From a virus (taxonomy: Duplodnaviria; Caudoviricetes): a stretch of 64,000 nt of DNA. Position numbers and translations under genes: made by a program. Below the pieces are notes generated by a model. The model ran no database searches. It was not told the origin of the DNA and worked only from the letters and a program-made list of their open reading frames with translations. The stretch's first letter is position 1, and each line of letters opens with the position of its first letter. Location of the stretch: the IMG/VR virus record IMGVR_UViG_3300033153_010125, positions 1,612 through 65,611 of that record. One strand, 5' to 3'. Below are positions 49,523-57,528 of the stretch, piece after piece.

Positions 49523-51103
49523 ATGAGTGATATTCTTTCAAAAGAAGAAGCCAGAAATGGTATCAAGAACGGAATCAATAAAGTAGCAGACACAGTAGGT
49601 TTAACTGCTGGTCCAAAGGGACGTAATGTAGTAATAGCACAGGGATTTGGTGCATCAATAAATACCAATGACGGTGTAACAGTTGCCAGAGCAATTTCTT
49701 TGGGGGATCCTTTAGAAGATATTGGTGCTCACATGGTAAAAGAAGTGGCTACTAATACAGAAGAAGCTACAGGTGACGGAACTACTACTGCTACAATCTT
49801 ACTTCAAGCACTCGTAGAAGGTGGTTTAAAGAAAATTGCTGCAGGGGCTGACCCAAACCAGTTAAAGGTAGGGATGGCTAAAGCGGCTAATAAAATCGTA
49901 GAGCATCTTGACTCACTAAGTATTCCGGTAAGTGATAACGCCACCATTAAAAAAGTTGCCACAATTGCAGCAAATAATGACGAGGAATTAGGAACCCTCA
50001 TTGCAGAAGCTTTTGCAGAAGCAGGAGATGCAGGAGAAGTAGCGGTAACTGAATCAGGGACTTTCGAAACAAAACTAGAGGTTGTAGAAGGCCTACGTTT
50101 TGATAGGGGGTATTTACACAGAGCATTTATTAACAATGTTGCAGCAAGAAGAGCCGATTTAGAATCACCAAATATCCTTGTAACAGATAAGAAAATTAAT
50201 TCCTCAAGAGATTTGATGCCTATCCTAGAGCTGCTTGCAACAACTACAAACTCTAAACTATTATTAATTAGTGATGATATTGAGCAAGATGTCTTGATGT
50301 CGATTGCTATGTCAAAAGCGCAAGGGAAGATAGACATCACCTGTGTAAAGGCCCCAGGCTTTGGAGATAGCAGGGCTGAAATGTTGGAAGATATTGCAGC
50401 TATTGTGGGAGCAACCTTTATTGGACCGTCTCATGAACTTCAGAAAACAACACTTGATGATCTTGGATATGCTGAGTATGTATATGCTGAGAAAGATGAG
50501 ACCACTATTATAGGTGGTGGGGGAGAAGAAGATGAAATCAACAGTCGTATTGATAATATAAAAGAAGCGTTAAAGGAACCGGAGTTAGAAGATTACCCTA
50601 AACAGATCCTACAAAAAAGACTAGGATATCTTAAAGGAGGTGTGTCTGTTCTATATGTTGGGGCCGCTTCTGATACAGAACTTGCTGAAAAGAAGTATCG
50701 TATTGAGGATGCTATTGGTGCAACAAGATCAGCTATTGCGGAGGGGATTGTTCCTGGATGTGGGATTGCTTTGATCAGAGTAACCAATGATGTAAAGAAT
50801 TTCAAAATGGTTGAAACAGAGGATGAAGGTCTGGGAGTAATGGTAGTTCTTGAGGCTGTAAAAAAACCCTTCAACAAAATCCTTGAAAATGCAGGACTCT
50901 CACCAGAGGTTGTAATGGCCAAGATTATTGATGAAGATGCCTTCTACGGAATCAATGTTAAGACAGGAGAATATGGCAATCTTATGAAACTGGGCGTTAT
51001 TGATCCAGTGAAGGTTACTAAAACAGCACTACTTAATGCAGTATCTGTTGCAGGGCTGTTTTTAACTACAGAGGCGGTAGTCTTTGATCAACGTGGAGAA
51101 TAA
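49523..51103 (+). CDS. groEL: Chaperonin GroEL
   Basis: GPKGRNVVI, TNDGVTVA, GDGTTTAT, G.RFDRGY, VKAPGFGD, GVIDPVKV; TATATTTG promoter box at ~49486-49493. Confidence 0.97.
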   Translation: MSDILSKEEARNGIKNGINKVADTVGLTAGPKGRNVVIAQGFGASINTNDGVTVARAISLGDPLEDIGAHMVKEVATNTEEATGDGTTTATILLQALVEGGLKKIAAGADPNQLKVGMAKAANKIVEHLDSLSIPVSDNATIKKVATIAANNDEELGTLIAEAFAEAGDAGEVAVTESGTFETKLEVVEGLRFDRGYLHRAFINNVAARRADLESPNILVTDKKINSSRDLMPILELLATTTNSKLLLISDDIEQDVLMSIAMSKAQGKIDITCVKAPGFGDSRAEMLEDIAAIVGATFIGPSHELQKTTLDDLGYAEYVYAEKDETTIIGGGGEEDEINSRIDNIKEALKEPELEDYPKQILQKRLGYLKGGVSVLYVGAASDTELAEKKYRIEDAIGATRSAIAEGIVPGCGIALIRVTNDVKNFKMVETEDEGLGVMVVLEAVKKPFNKILENAGLSPEVVMAKIIDEDAFYGINVKTGEYGNLMKLGVIDPVKVTKTALLNAVSVAGLFLTTEAVVFDQRGE

Positions 51104-51128
51104 TACAAACCAAAGAATATTATAAAAA

Positions 51129-51371
51129 ATGGAAGCACAGCTTAAAAAAGTAATAGTTGAGGTAATCAAACCAAAGGATCTCATAGCAGATACTGATACG
51201 GTAATAACAGCAAAGGGAAAAGTTATCTCAATAGGCCCAACATGTGAATGTGATATAAAACTGGAGGATGTTATCATGTTCTCAGGTTTTGCAGGATCGA
51301 GATTTAAACTTGATGGGAGCGATACAGAATATCTAGTGTTAAACCAAGACGAAGTCTACTTAAAACTATAA
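51129..51371 (+). CDS. groES: Co-chaperonin GroES (divergent)
   Basis: KGKVISIGP...IKLEDVIMFSGFAG..FKLDG..EYLVLNQDEV. Confidence 0.8.
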   Translation: MEAQLKKVIVEVIKPKDLIADTDTVITAKGKVISIGPTCECDIKLEDVIMFSGFAGSRFKLDGSDTEYLVLNQDEVYLKL

Positions 51372-51373
51372 TT

Positions 51374-52276
51374 ATGGAAAACCCATTCGAAGAAGTAAAA
51401 GATACAACCTTTCTAAAATGGCTTTGGGCCAATTGGAAAACACATATAGGCCTTATCCTACTTTTTAGTTTGATCTTTATAGTAGGGTCCTTCTGTATCT
51501 TAGGTGGAAACTCCCCATACATTGTGAGTACAGTTGTTTTCCTATGGGCACTATCTGCCTCAGTGATTTTACCTTTCAATGAATACAGAGATGCCAAACA
51601 AAATTATGATGCTTTTGAGGAATCAATAAATAAGCCAGGGGATACTTCCTCCGAAGGTGTGTGGCACCAGATAAACAATAAAGATGTTGAATATACCAAG
51701 CCTTGGGAGGGGGATACAGGTATTCCAGAAAAATCTTTATATAAAAGAATCATATTATCCGGTGGAGCTGGTTCTGGAAAGGACTATCTTAGAGACATAT
51801 TCCATAAAAGAGGTTTTATTGTAGATGTATCATACACTACTAGAAACCCTAGGGATGGAGAAACTCCTGGGTATACATACAACTTTGTTGGAGTAGATCA
51901 TTTTAAACAATTAGACAACAGGGGAAAATTCTACGAATCTGTTGTATTTAACAAGGCTCTTTATGGTACCTCTAAAGATAGTTGGGAAAACTCTGATGTT
52001 TTTATTATGACACCTTCTGGAGTAGAGCAAATCTCTGCAGAGGATAGAGAAAATTGTATAGTTGTATACTTTAAAATCGAAGAAGATGTTCGTAGAGAAA
52101 GGATGGGAAAACGCAAAGACAACGGCTTCGATAAGATCGAAAGAAGAATCCTTGCTGACAACGAGGACTTCAAGGGCTTTCTGCCTGAAGCCGATATGGT
52201 AATAACTAATCCACTTTACGATAGCGATATTGTAATAAAGGATATTCTAGACATGGCAGTTTTAAACAAAGATTAA
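51374..52276 (+). CDS. gmk: Guanylate kinase with N-terminal transmembrane extension
   Basis: IILSGGAGSGKD, VSYTTRNPRDGETPGYTYNFV, YGTS; two hydrophobic helices in the first ~65 aa. Confidence 0.8.
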   Translation: MENPFEEVKDTTFLKWLWANWKTHIGLILLFSLIFIVGSFCILGGNSPYIVSTVVFLWALSASVILPFNEYRDAKQNYDAFEESINKPGDTSSEGVWHQINNKDVEYTKPWEGDTGIPEKSLYKRIILSGGAGSGKDYLRDIFHKRGFIVDVSYTTRNPRDGETPGYTYNFVGVDHFKQLDNRGKFYESVVFNKALYGTSKDSWENSDVFIMTPSGVEQISAEDRENCIVVYFKIEEDVRRERMGKRKDNGFDKIERRILADNEDFKGFLPEADMVITNPLYDSDIVIKDILDMAVLNKD

Positions 52277-52411
52277 ATTCTTTTTGTTGGTACAATAGGG
52301 TGGGGTTCTCAATGACCTCATCCTAATACCAATTATATACACAACTAACCAATATTAAGCAACCAAATCGCTAGGAAGACGTCTGGTTTTGTAATAATCT
52401 AATATTATAGA

Positions 52412-52849
52412 ATGATGAAAAAAATAGTACTGCTTGCAACATTTCTATCGATTTTTAACTCAGCTGAGGCTAGGGTTTATAAAGAATTAACTGTTAGAGA
52501 TGTATATGATGTGATCCTAAAAGAGGACATCAAAAAACCAAAATATGTGCTTGCTCAATCTGCTCTTGAAACAGCTTGGTATAAGTCATATAATTGTACG
52601 AAGAGACATAACCTTTTTGGGTTCAGGTCTTCTTCTTGGGTAACCGAGGGTAACTCAAATGGATACAAAGTCTTTACTTCTTGGGAAGAGTCTGTTGAAT
52701 ATTATAGCAGCTGGCAAACAAGGAAGGGCTACAAAGAAGGTGAGGATTATTTGAAATTCCTTTCCAGAATTGGATACGCAGAGGATCCGGAGTATGGGTG
52801 GAAGCTCAAATCTGTTCTCAAACGTATCGAAACTAAATACGGAATATAA
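52412..52849 (+). CDS. Glucosaminidase (GH73-like) with signal peptide
   Basis: VLAQSALETAW..S...HNLFG...F.SWEESV..Y...GYAEDPEY..KL. Confidence 0.85.
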   Translation: MMKKIVLLATFLSIFNSAEARVYKELTVRDVYDVILKEDIKKPKYVLAQSALETAWYKSYNCTKRHNLFGFRSSSWVTEGNSNGYKVFTSWEESVEYYSSWQTRKGYKEGEDYLKFLSRIGYAEDPEYGWKLKSVLKRIETKYGI

Positions 52850-52866
52850 ACTAAAACCAATATAAA

Positions 52867-53244
52867 ATGCAAACAAAAAGTTTACAAAACACAGATCAAG
52901 ATGCAGCAAAAAAGAATGTTTCTGATTTAGTGGTGTTCGGGGGAGACCTGTTCAAATTATTATCTAAAGCATCTTCTAAGAATGAGGGCTGGATGAAATC
53001 AACCAAGGCAATGGATGTAGGTTGTGGGTGTGTGATACAAGTGACAACACAGCAATTAAATGATACGGGTATGCATAACGGATTTGATAAAGGTGGAAAT
53101 CCTCTATCAGATTGGTCTCATGCAAACAAGTTATTGAATTCTGTTATTGCTGAAGCTCTGACATATGTTCCTGGTGTAAAGCTCCAAGAGGACAAAAATG
53201 CAGAAGGAGAAGTGATTGGTAGAAGTTTAGTACCTATATCCTGA
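52867..53244 (+). CDS. Phage hypothetical protein
   Basis: 125 aa, 'WMKSTKAM...GCVIQVTTQQ...AEALTYVPGV'. Confidence 0.65.
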   Translation: MQTKSLQNTDQDAAKKNVSDLVVFGGDLFKLLSKASSKNEGWMKSTKAMDVGCGCVIQVTTQQLNDTGMHNGFDKGGNPLSDWSHANKLLNSVIAEALTYVPGVKLQEDKNAEGEVIGRSLVPIS

Positions 53245-53318
53245 CACATTGTCACAAATAACCTAATGGCACAATAACTGATATAGAGATTGAGCCAACT
53301 AATAATAAAACCAAAACT

Positions 53319-53343
53319 AAGCCCCCCCTGTGGGGCTTTTTTT
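53319..53343 (+). terminator. Intrinsic terminator
   Basis: AAGCCCC-CCCTGT-GGGGCTTTTTTT. Confidence 0.85.
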
Positions 53344-53351
53344 ATTCCGTT

Positions 53352-53395
53352 AAATCTAATCTTTTTGGTAAGGTGTTAGTCAATTAGTAGCTTTG
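53352..53395 (+). promoter_or_regulatory. Late-class promoter
   Basis: AAATCTAATCTTTTTGG...TAGCTTTG-CTATT-ATG; 33-nt spacing. Confidence 0.8.
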
Positions 53396-53400
53396 CTATT

Positions 53401-53769
53401 ATGCCATACGGAAAGAGTAAGATCAAAACTACACGTAGTAAAGACTATGATGGGAAAACGAAAGGAACTGCTAAACAAACAGTTACCAGTACGAATAGGA
53501 AAGGTAAAGGAAAGAAGACTAAAACCTCTACTTATTCACAGAACCTAAATAAAGGAACTGTTAAAATGTCCAATACCGTAACTAAGAAAAAGAAAAGCGG
53601 AGCTACCAAGAGTAAAGGGGTTACTTCTAAATATAAAAGCGGTGGAGGATCCCCAGGAACAACTACCAAAAGTAAAACTCGTTCTAATAAAAAGAAATCT
53701 GTTACTAGGTCGAAGACTACAACAAGAGGTGGAGGTACTACTAGAAAAAAGGTAGTTAAAAAGAAATAA
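53401..53769 (+). CDS. Lys/Thr/Ser-rich highly basic protein 1
   Basis: 122 aa, only two acidic residues. Confidence 0.75.
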   Translation: MPYGKSKIKTTRSKDYDGKTKGTAKQTVTSTNRKGKGKKTKTSTYSQNLNKGTVKMSNTVTKKKKSGATKSKGVTSKYKSGGGSPGTTTKSKTRSNKKKSVTRSKTTTRGGGTTRKKVVKKK

Positions 53770-53771
53770 TT

Positions 53772-53933
53772 ATGGCTAAGAAAAAAACAGGTATGAAAAA
53801 TACCTATAAAGGTGATATGACTAATAGAAAGTCTAGGACAAAGAGGACAATAGCAAAAGCTAGAAAAACTACAAACACACGTACTGCAAAAAATACAAGT
53901 ACACCTAAACGTAAACCGGGTAAAAAGAAATAA
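53772..53933 (+). CDS. Highly basic protein 2 (53 aa, below ORF-track cutoff)
   Basis: MAKKKTGMKNTYKGDMTNRKSRTKRTIAKARKTTNTRTAKNTSTPKRKPGKKK; fills the gap with 2-nt spacers on both sides. Confidence 0.75.
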   Translation: MAKKKTGMKNTYKGDMTNRKSRTKRTIAKARKTTNTRTAKNTSTPKRKPGKKK

Positions 53934-53935
53934 TT

Positions 53936-54187
53936 ATGCCAAAGAAAATTACACCAAAACGGTCAGAGGTTGCTGGCAATGTGAAGAGTAAGAAAAAGTC
54001 CTCTCAAAGGAGTTCTTCCAAAAAGAAGACAGCTACAAGAAAAAAAGCTTCAGGGAGAGCTTCTGGAAAAGGTAATAGACCTTTAACAAAAGGGCCGGGT
54101 GCAGGTGCACCACCTCCTAAGAAAAAAATTAAATCAACTACAGCTCCTAAAAGAGTAACCAGGAAACAGAGTAAAAGACGTAGATAG
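53936..54187 (+). CDS. Highly basic protein 3
   Basis: 83 aa Lys/Arg/Ser-rich, one acidic residue. Confidence 0.75.
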   Translation: MPKKITPKRSEVAGNVKSKKKSSQRSSSKKKTATRKKASGRASGKGNRPLTKGPGAGAPPPKKKIKSTTAPKRVTRKQSKRRR

Positions 54188-54210
54188 AAAGATCCTAAAC
54201 ATTTTTAAAT

Positions 54211-54234
54211 AAGCTCCTTTAAGGGGCTTTTTTT
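54211..54234 (+). terminator. Intrinsic terminator
   Basis: AAGCTCC-TTTAA-GGGGCTTTTTTT. Confidence 0.8.
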
Positions 54235-54283
54235 ATTTCCTGGTGTGAATACCCCTTTTTCAAGAGAAGTCCTCTCAGGGCAC

Positions 54284-54313
54284 AAAAAAACCGTCTCAAA
54301 TTAATGAAACGGT
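54284..54313 (-). terminator. Intrinsic terminator of the convergent minus-strand block
   Basis: Minus strand ACCGTTTCA-loop-TGAGACGG-T7. Confidence 0.8.
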
Positions 54314-54334
54314 CTCCTTTCTAATGTTGTATGT

Positions 54335-54538
54335 CTACAGATCGAACGTGGATAGATAAAAATCTACATCCCTATTCTTAATTTCTGTTCTTAAAAACTT
54401 TTCTCGCTTAATGGCCTTACGTATCTCCTCAACGGTACAATCCTCACCGCTTAGGATTGGGTAAACTTGTTCATTGACCTCTTTTAGCCTTTCATCAATA
54501 TATATTTTTACTTCTGGATTGTTGTAGTATGCACTCAT
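54335..54538 (-). CDS. Hypothetical protein
   Basis: 67 aa, ATGA-coupled to upstream micro-ORF. Confidence 0.55.
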   Translation of the reverse strand: MSAYYNNPEVKIYIDERLKEVNEQVYPILSGEDCTVEEIRKAIKREKFLRTEIKNRDVDFYLSTFDL

Positions 54539-54654
54539 TCCTTTTTCTTATTTTTTCGTTTATAAATTAATATTTTAATTGATACCCATGCTCCAAGGAT
54601 CAGGATATACGCTCCCATTAGAGAGATTATGGTTGCACCGATAGAAAGATTCAT
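54535..54654 (-). CDS. 39-aa single-TM protein
   Basis: MNLSIGATIISLMGAYILILGAWVSIKILIYKRKNKKKE; ATGA overlaps on both sides. Confidence 0.55.
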   Translation of the reverse strand: MNLSIGATIISLMGAYILILGAWVSIKILIYKRKNKKKE

Positions 54655-54830
54655 ACCTGTCCCTCCTCAAACATTCTCAAGGCCAGCTCAGATTGGTCCT
54701 CTTCTAAGATTTTGATCTTATGGTCTATCTCAACGAGGTTTTTAAGATCCTCGGCAGATTCTTTAGCACTCCTTAAGATTGTGATCCTCAGGGAGTACTC
54801 TTTGTAGTGGTCTAAATCATCTTGTTGCAT
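54651..54830 (-). CDS. 59-aa hypothetical protein
   Basis: MQQDDLDHYKEYSLR...; 4 nt after TATACTTG box. Confidence 0.55.
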   Translation of the reverse strand: MQQDDLDHYKEYSLRITILRSAKESAEDLKNLVEIDHKIKILEEDQSELALRMFEEGQV

Positions 54831-54985
54831 GGTACAAGTATAGGTAGGATTTCCCGTAAAACCAAATTAATATTGGTTATTAGTATTTGCTATATGAATT
54901 TGGAAATGTGGTAAACAAAAAATGGACCCGAAGGCCCATTATTGCGTATTGCGATATGCGATAATTTGTAATCTAAGAAGCTTTA

Positions 54986-55249
54986 TCAGTTCAATATTGC
55001 AAGATCTTCTTCCACCTCCTCAAACTCTTCTACACTTACAGGATCCTTGTCCAATACAGCAAATCTGGTGGCATCATAACCATTCCACTGAAAACCTGTA
55101 TCTGTAGTAGCATTATTTACTACCCCCTCTAAGAAATAAATCTTCTGACCGAAGTTGTTTATCCTTGAAGATAATACTTCATAATCATTACCTGCAGATA
55201 TTTCAGCATATTGAGGCAACTTTTTATCATTTGTGCAGAGTACTCTCAT
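54986..55249 (-). CDS. Hypothetical protein
   Basis: 87 aa, 'VLCTNDK...GNDYEV...YFLEGV...YDATRF'. Confidence 0.6.
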   Translation of the reverse strand: MRVLCTNDKKLPQYAEISAGNDYEVLSSRINNFGQKIYFLEGVVNNATTDTGFQWNGYDATRFAVLDKDPVSVEEFEEVEEDLAILN

Positions 55250-55434
55250 TATGGCTTGGCATTAAATCCAATTTTTTTACTACGTGTTCCATCAGGTAAA
55301 ATACTCTCAACCTCTAATACCCTTTTTCTGATAGGTATGCCAAAAAGCTTCCATGTGATTATTGTTCTCTCACTCAAAACTTTTTCATTAAGATCTATCC
55401 ACTCGAGTTGTTGTTTACATGTTCTTACAAGCAT
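55249..55434 (-). CDS. Hypothetical protein
   Basis: 61 aa, 'WKLFGIPI...KKIGF'. Confidence 0.55.
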   Translation of the reverse strand: MLVRTCKQQLEWIDLNEKVLSERTIITWKLFGIPIRKRVLEVESILPDGTRSKKIGFNAKP

Positions 55435-55501
55435 TTTCTATAATTTTATTAATGTGTACCAATATAGACAATAGGTTCCGAATAGCCAAAACTATTGGTA
55501 G

Positions 55502-55984
55502 TTATTCTACATGGAGGATTTCTCGAAGTTTTCCTTTTGCTCTGAAGATTTGTGGCTTAACAGTCCCTTCAGGAATATCAAGAGTATTAGAAATATCTCT
55601 GATACTTCTCCCCTTTAGTCGCATTTCGATAACATCCTTATATTTTTTTGGTAATTCCTCTACAGCCAGTAACATTTTATCCATATCAGATACCTCTCCA
55701 AAATCATGTGTCTGCTCTACTGACCCATATTCTACTAAACCCTTTAGTGTAAGGAACTCATACCTGTCCTTCCGGCACTTATCATACCACATACGTCTGA
55801 TCATTATACTCAACCAACTTAGTAGCGCACCCTTACCTGAATCATATTGATGACATTTGTCGAGAGCTTTTATCAACCCATTTTGAACAAGATCTTCAGA
55901 ATCACTTAGATTTTTTGTATAGACAAGACTCATCCTTATTAAGGATGCTCTATGAGAGATGATATCTTGTGTTAAATGGTGCAA
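55502..55984 (-). CDS. ECF-type RNA polymerase sigma factor
   Basis: Region 2 'DSEDLVQNGLIKA...LLSWLSIMIRRMWYD'; region 4 'LPKKYKDVIEMR..GRSIRDISNTLDIPEGTVKPQIFRAKGKLRE'. Confidence 0.88.
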   Translation of the reverse strand: MHHLTQDIISHRASLIRMSLVYTKNLSDSEDLVQNGLIKALDKCHQYDSGKGALLSWLSIMIRRMWYDKCRKDRYEFLTLKGLVEYGSVEQTHDFGEVSDMDKMLLAVEELPKKYKDVIEMRLKGRSIRDISNTLDIPEGTVKPQIFRAKGKLREILHVE

Positions 55985-56322
55985 TCGCTTAGGTATAAAG
56001 TTTTTGGAAAGTCTCCGAAAACAAACTTGGTTACATCACATAGCCACATTCGAAAATCATAATCAATATTATTAATTTTTCCAACCTTGTAGTAAGCTCC
56101 TCCTGTTACAGTAGAGCAAACTTCTGATATTTCAAGTGAATCATAACCAGGAGCTTCTGCCTCAGATGCTGATAAAGATACTTTTTGGGCACCTTGAGCA
56201 TAGATGTCTAACATCATGTCTGCACCCATTACCATTTCAAGGTCATCTTTTGGCCCAGTCCACTCAGGGAGTACTATATACCAGCGTCCTTCTGGTGTTT
56301 TTTCGAAGTCTAACGTTTTCAT
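55972..56322 (-). CDS. DUF6717-like protein
   Basis: 'RWYIVLPEW.G...DLEMV.GAD.MLD...WLCDVT.FVFG.FP..LY'; start moved to MKTLDF. Confidence 0.55.
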   Translation of the reverse strand: MKTLDFEKTPEGRWYIVLPEWTGPKDDLEMVMGADMMLDIYAQGAQKVSLSASEAEAPGYDSLEISEVCSTVTGGAYYKVGKINNIDYDFRMWLCDVTKFVFGDFPKTLYLSDCTI

Positions 56323-56531
56323 GACACGCAATGTAAAAAGGATATATGAGAAATCCAAGAGATTCCCTCTTTATTTTCAACAGGAGCTGTGTTATTGATC
56401 TAAAACATCCTCATCTTCTTCATCCTTTGATTTGATATACAAGCTCATGATGAATAAAAAGAGATTGAACACACATGATAATATTAGTCCACACAAAAGG
56501 TGGCCAAATGTAATAGGCATGTCCAACATAC

Positions 56532-56792
56532 TTAGGAAAATATTCTGAATAGTAGTAAAGAAAGGCAGACACCAATTGCGAAGCCTCTAAAAAAAGTTGA
56601 GGCACTAAAAATTGCCCTCCCTTTAGTTATACCCTGTTGGATATAGAACTCACGCTCCAGATTTTCGACACCAGAAATCTTCTTGATAATATTCTTCTCG
56701 ATATATTCAGCATTCCGGTCATCTCCTGGAGTGCCCATCACTTGAACAAAGATTCTAATTTCTTTAGCCTTTTCTTTCACAGGATTCTCCAT
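56532..56792 (-). CDS. Hypothetical membrane protein
   Basis: 86 aa, C-terminal TM. Confidence 0.5.
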   Translation of the reverse strand: MENPVKEKAKEIRIFVQVMGTPGDDRNAEYIEKNIIKKISGVENLEREFYIQQGITKGRAIFSASTFFRGFAIGVCLSLLLFRIFS

Positions 56793-56952
56793 AATCTCTT
56801 GTATCTATAGGTGTTGTTGAATTAGTAGCAATAGTGGTATGGTCTACATCCTCTGTTGGTTGTATTTTGCCACAGTATTTACACTTCATCCAGTATATGG
56901 ACCAAGCAACATAGTTGTGGGTATCTGTGGGGGATAATAAACAACTCTCCAT
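56764..56952 (-). CDS. Small Zn-ribbon-like protein
   Basis: C...H...CKYCGK. Confidence 0.45.
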   Translation of the reverse strand: MESCLLSPTDTHNYVAWSIYWMKCKYCGKIQPTEDVDHTTIATNSTTPIDTRDYGESCERKG

Positions 56953-57109
56953 ATCTGATTAAGTGTTTACAAATTTCTTTCTTGACACCTTTACAAAAGG
57001 CGTCCATCCGAAACCTTTCATATAAACCCTCGTTAAGATAGTTCTTATGGTGATTGACTTATTTATTAAACTAGGTCTCCACTTTGTAGAAGAGTTCCAT
57101 TTTTCAAAG

Positions 57110-57349
57110 TTAATTCCGATCATACCCTATTATTTCTTTTTCGTTCATCACCTGCTCACTGCCATCTTCATCTTCATCTTCACACCAATAGTTTTTAGTA
57201 CCGTCTGTACTTTCCCATTTAGCTATTCTTATAATAGTGAGTTTTATCCCCTTTGCAAAATGGTGCTCTATCTTTGTAGAGTTGTCCTTATCCGCTACCT
57301 CATTTATAGGTGTGACAAGATCTCCGATATTTCTGAGTGTATTCATCAT
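57110..57349 (-). CDS. Hypothetical protein
   Basis: 79 aa; TAAGTTTG box immediately upstream. Confidence 0.55.
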   Translation of the reverse strand: MMNTLRNIGDLVTPINEVADKDNSTKIEHHFAKGIKLTIIRIAKWESTDGTKNYWCEDEDEDGSEQVMNEKEIIGYDRN

Positions 57350-57528
57350 ATAGCAAACTTAGATATAAATTGTCAGTAATGCAAGAAATTTTCAGGTTTA
57401 TTATTTATTCTCGCCACTTTGGCGAGTTTATGGCGAGAATGTACGGCAATCTTCCGTACATTCACATAAGAATATAATATCTACAAGGGCTTTAGGTGTT
57501 ACTATCATATAAGATCAACATCTTGATC

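Noticed and set aside
52396-52403. AATCTAAT matching the late box (possible guide-like sequence)
   Set aside because: Only 8 nt in AT-rich DNA, with no T-tract and no -7 box at +33; likely chance
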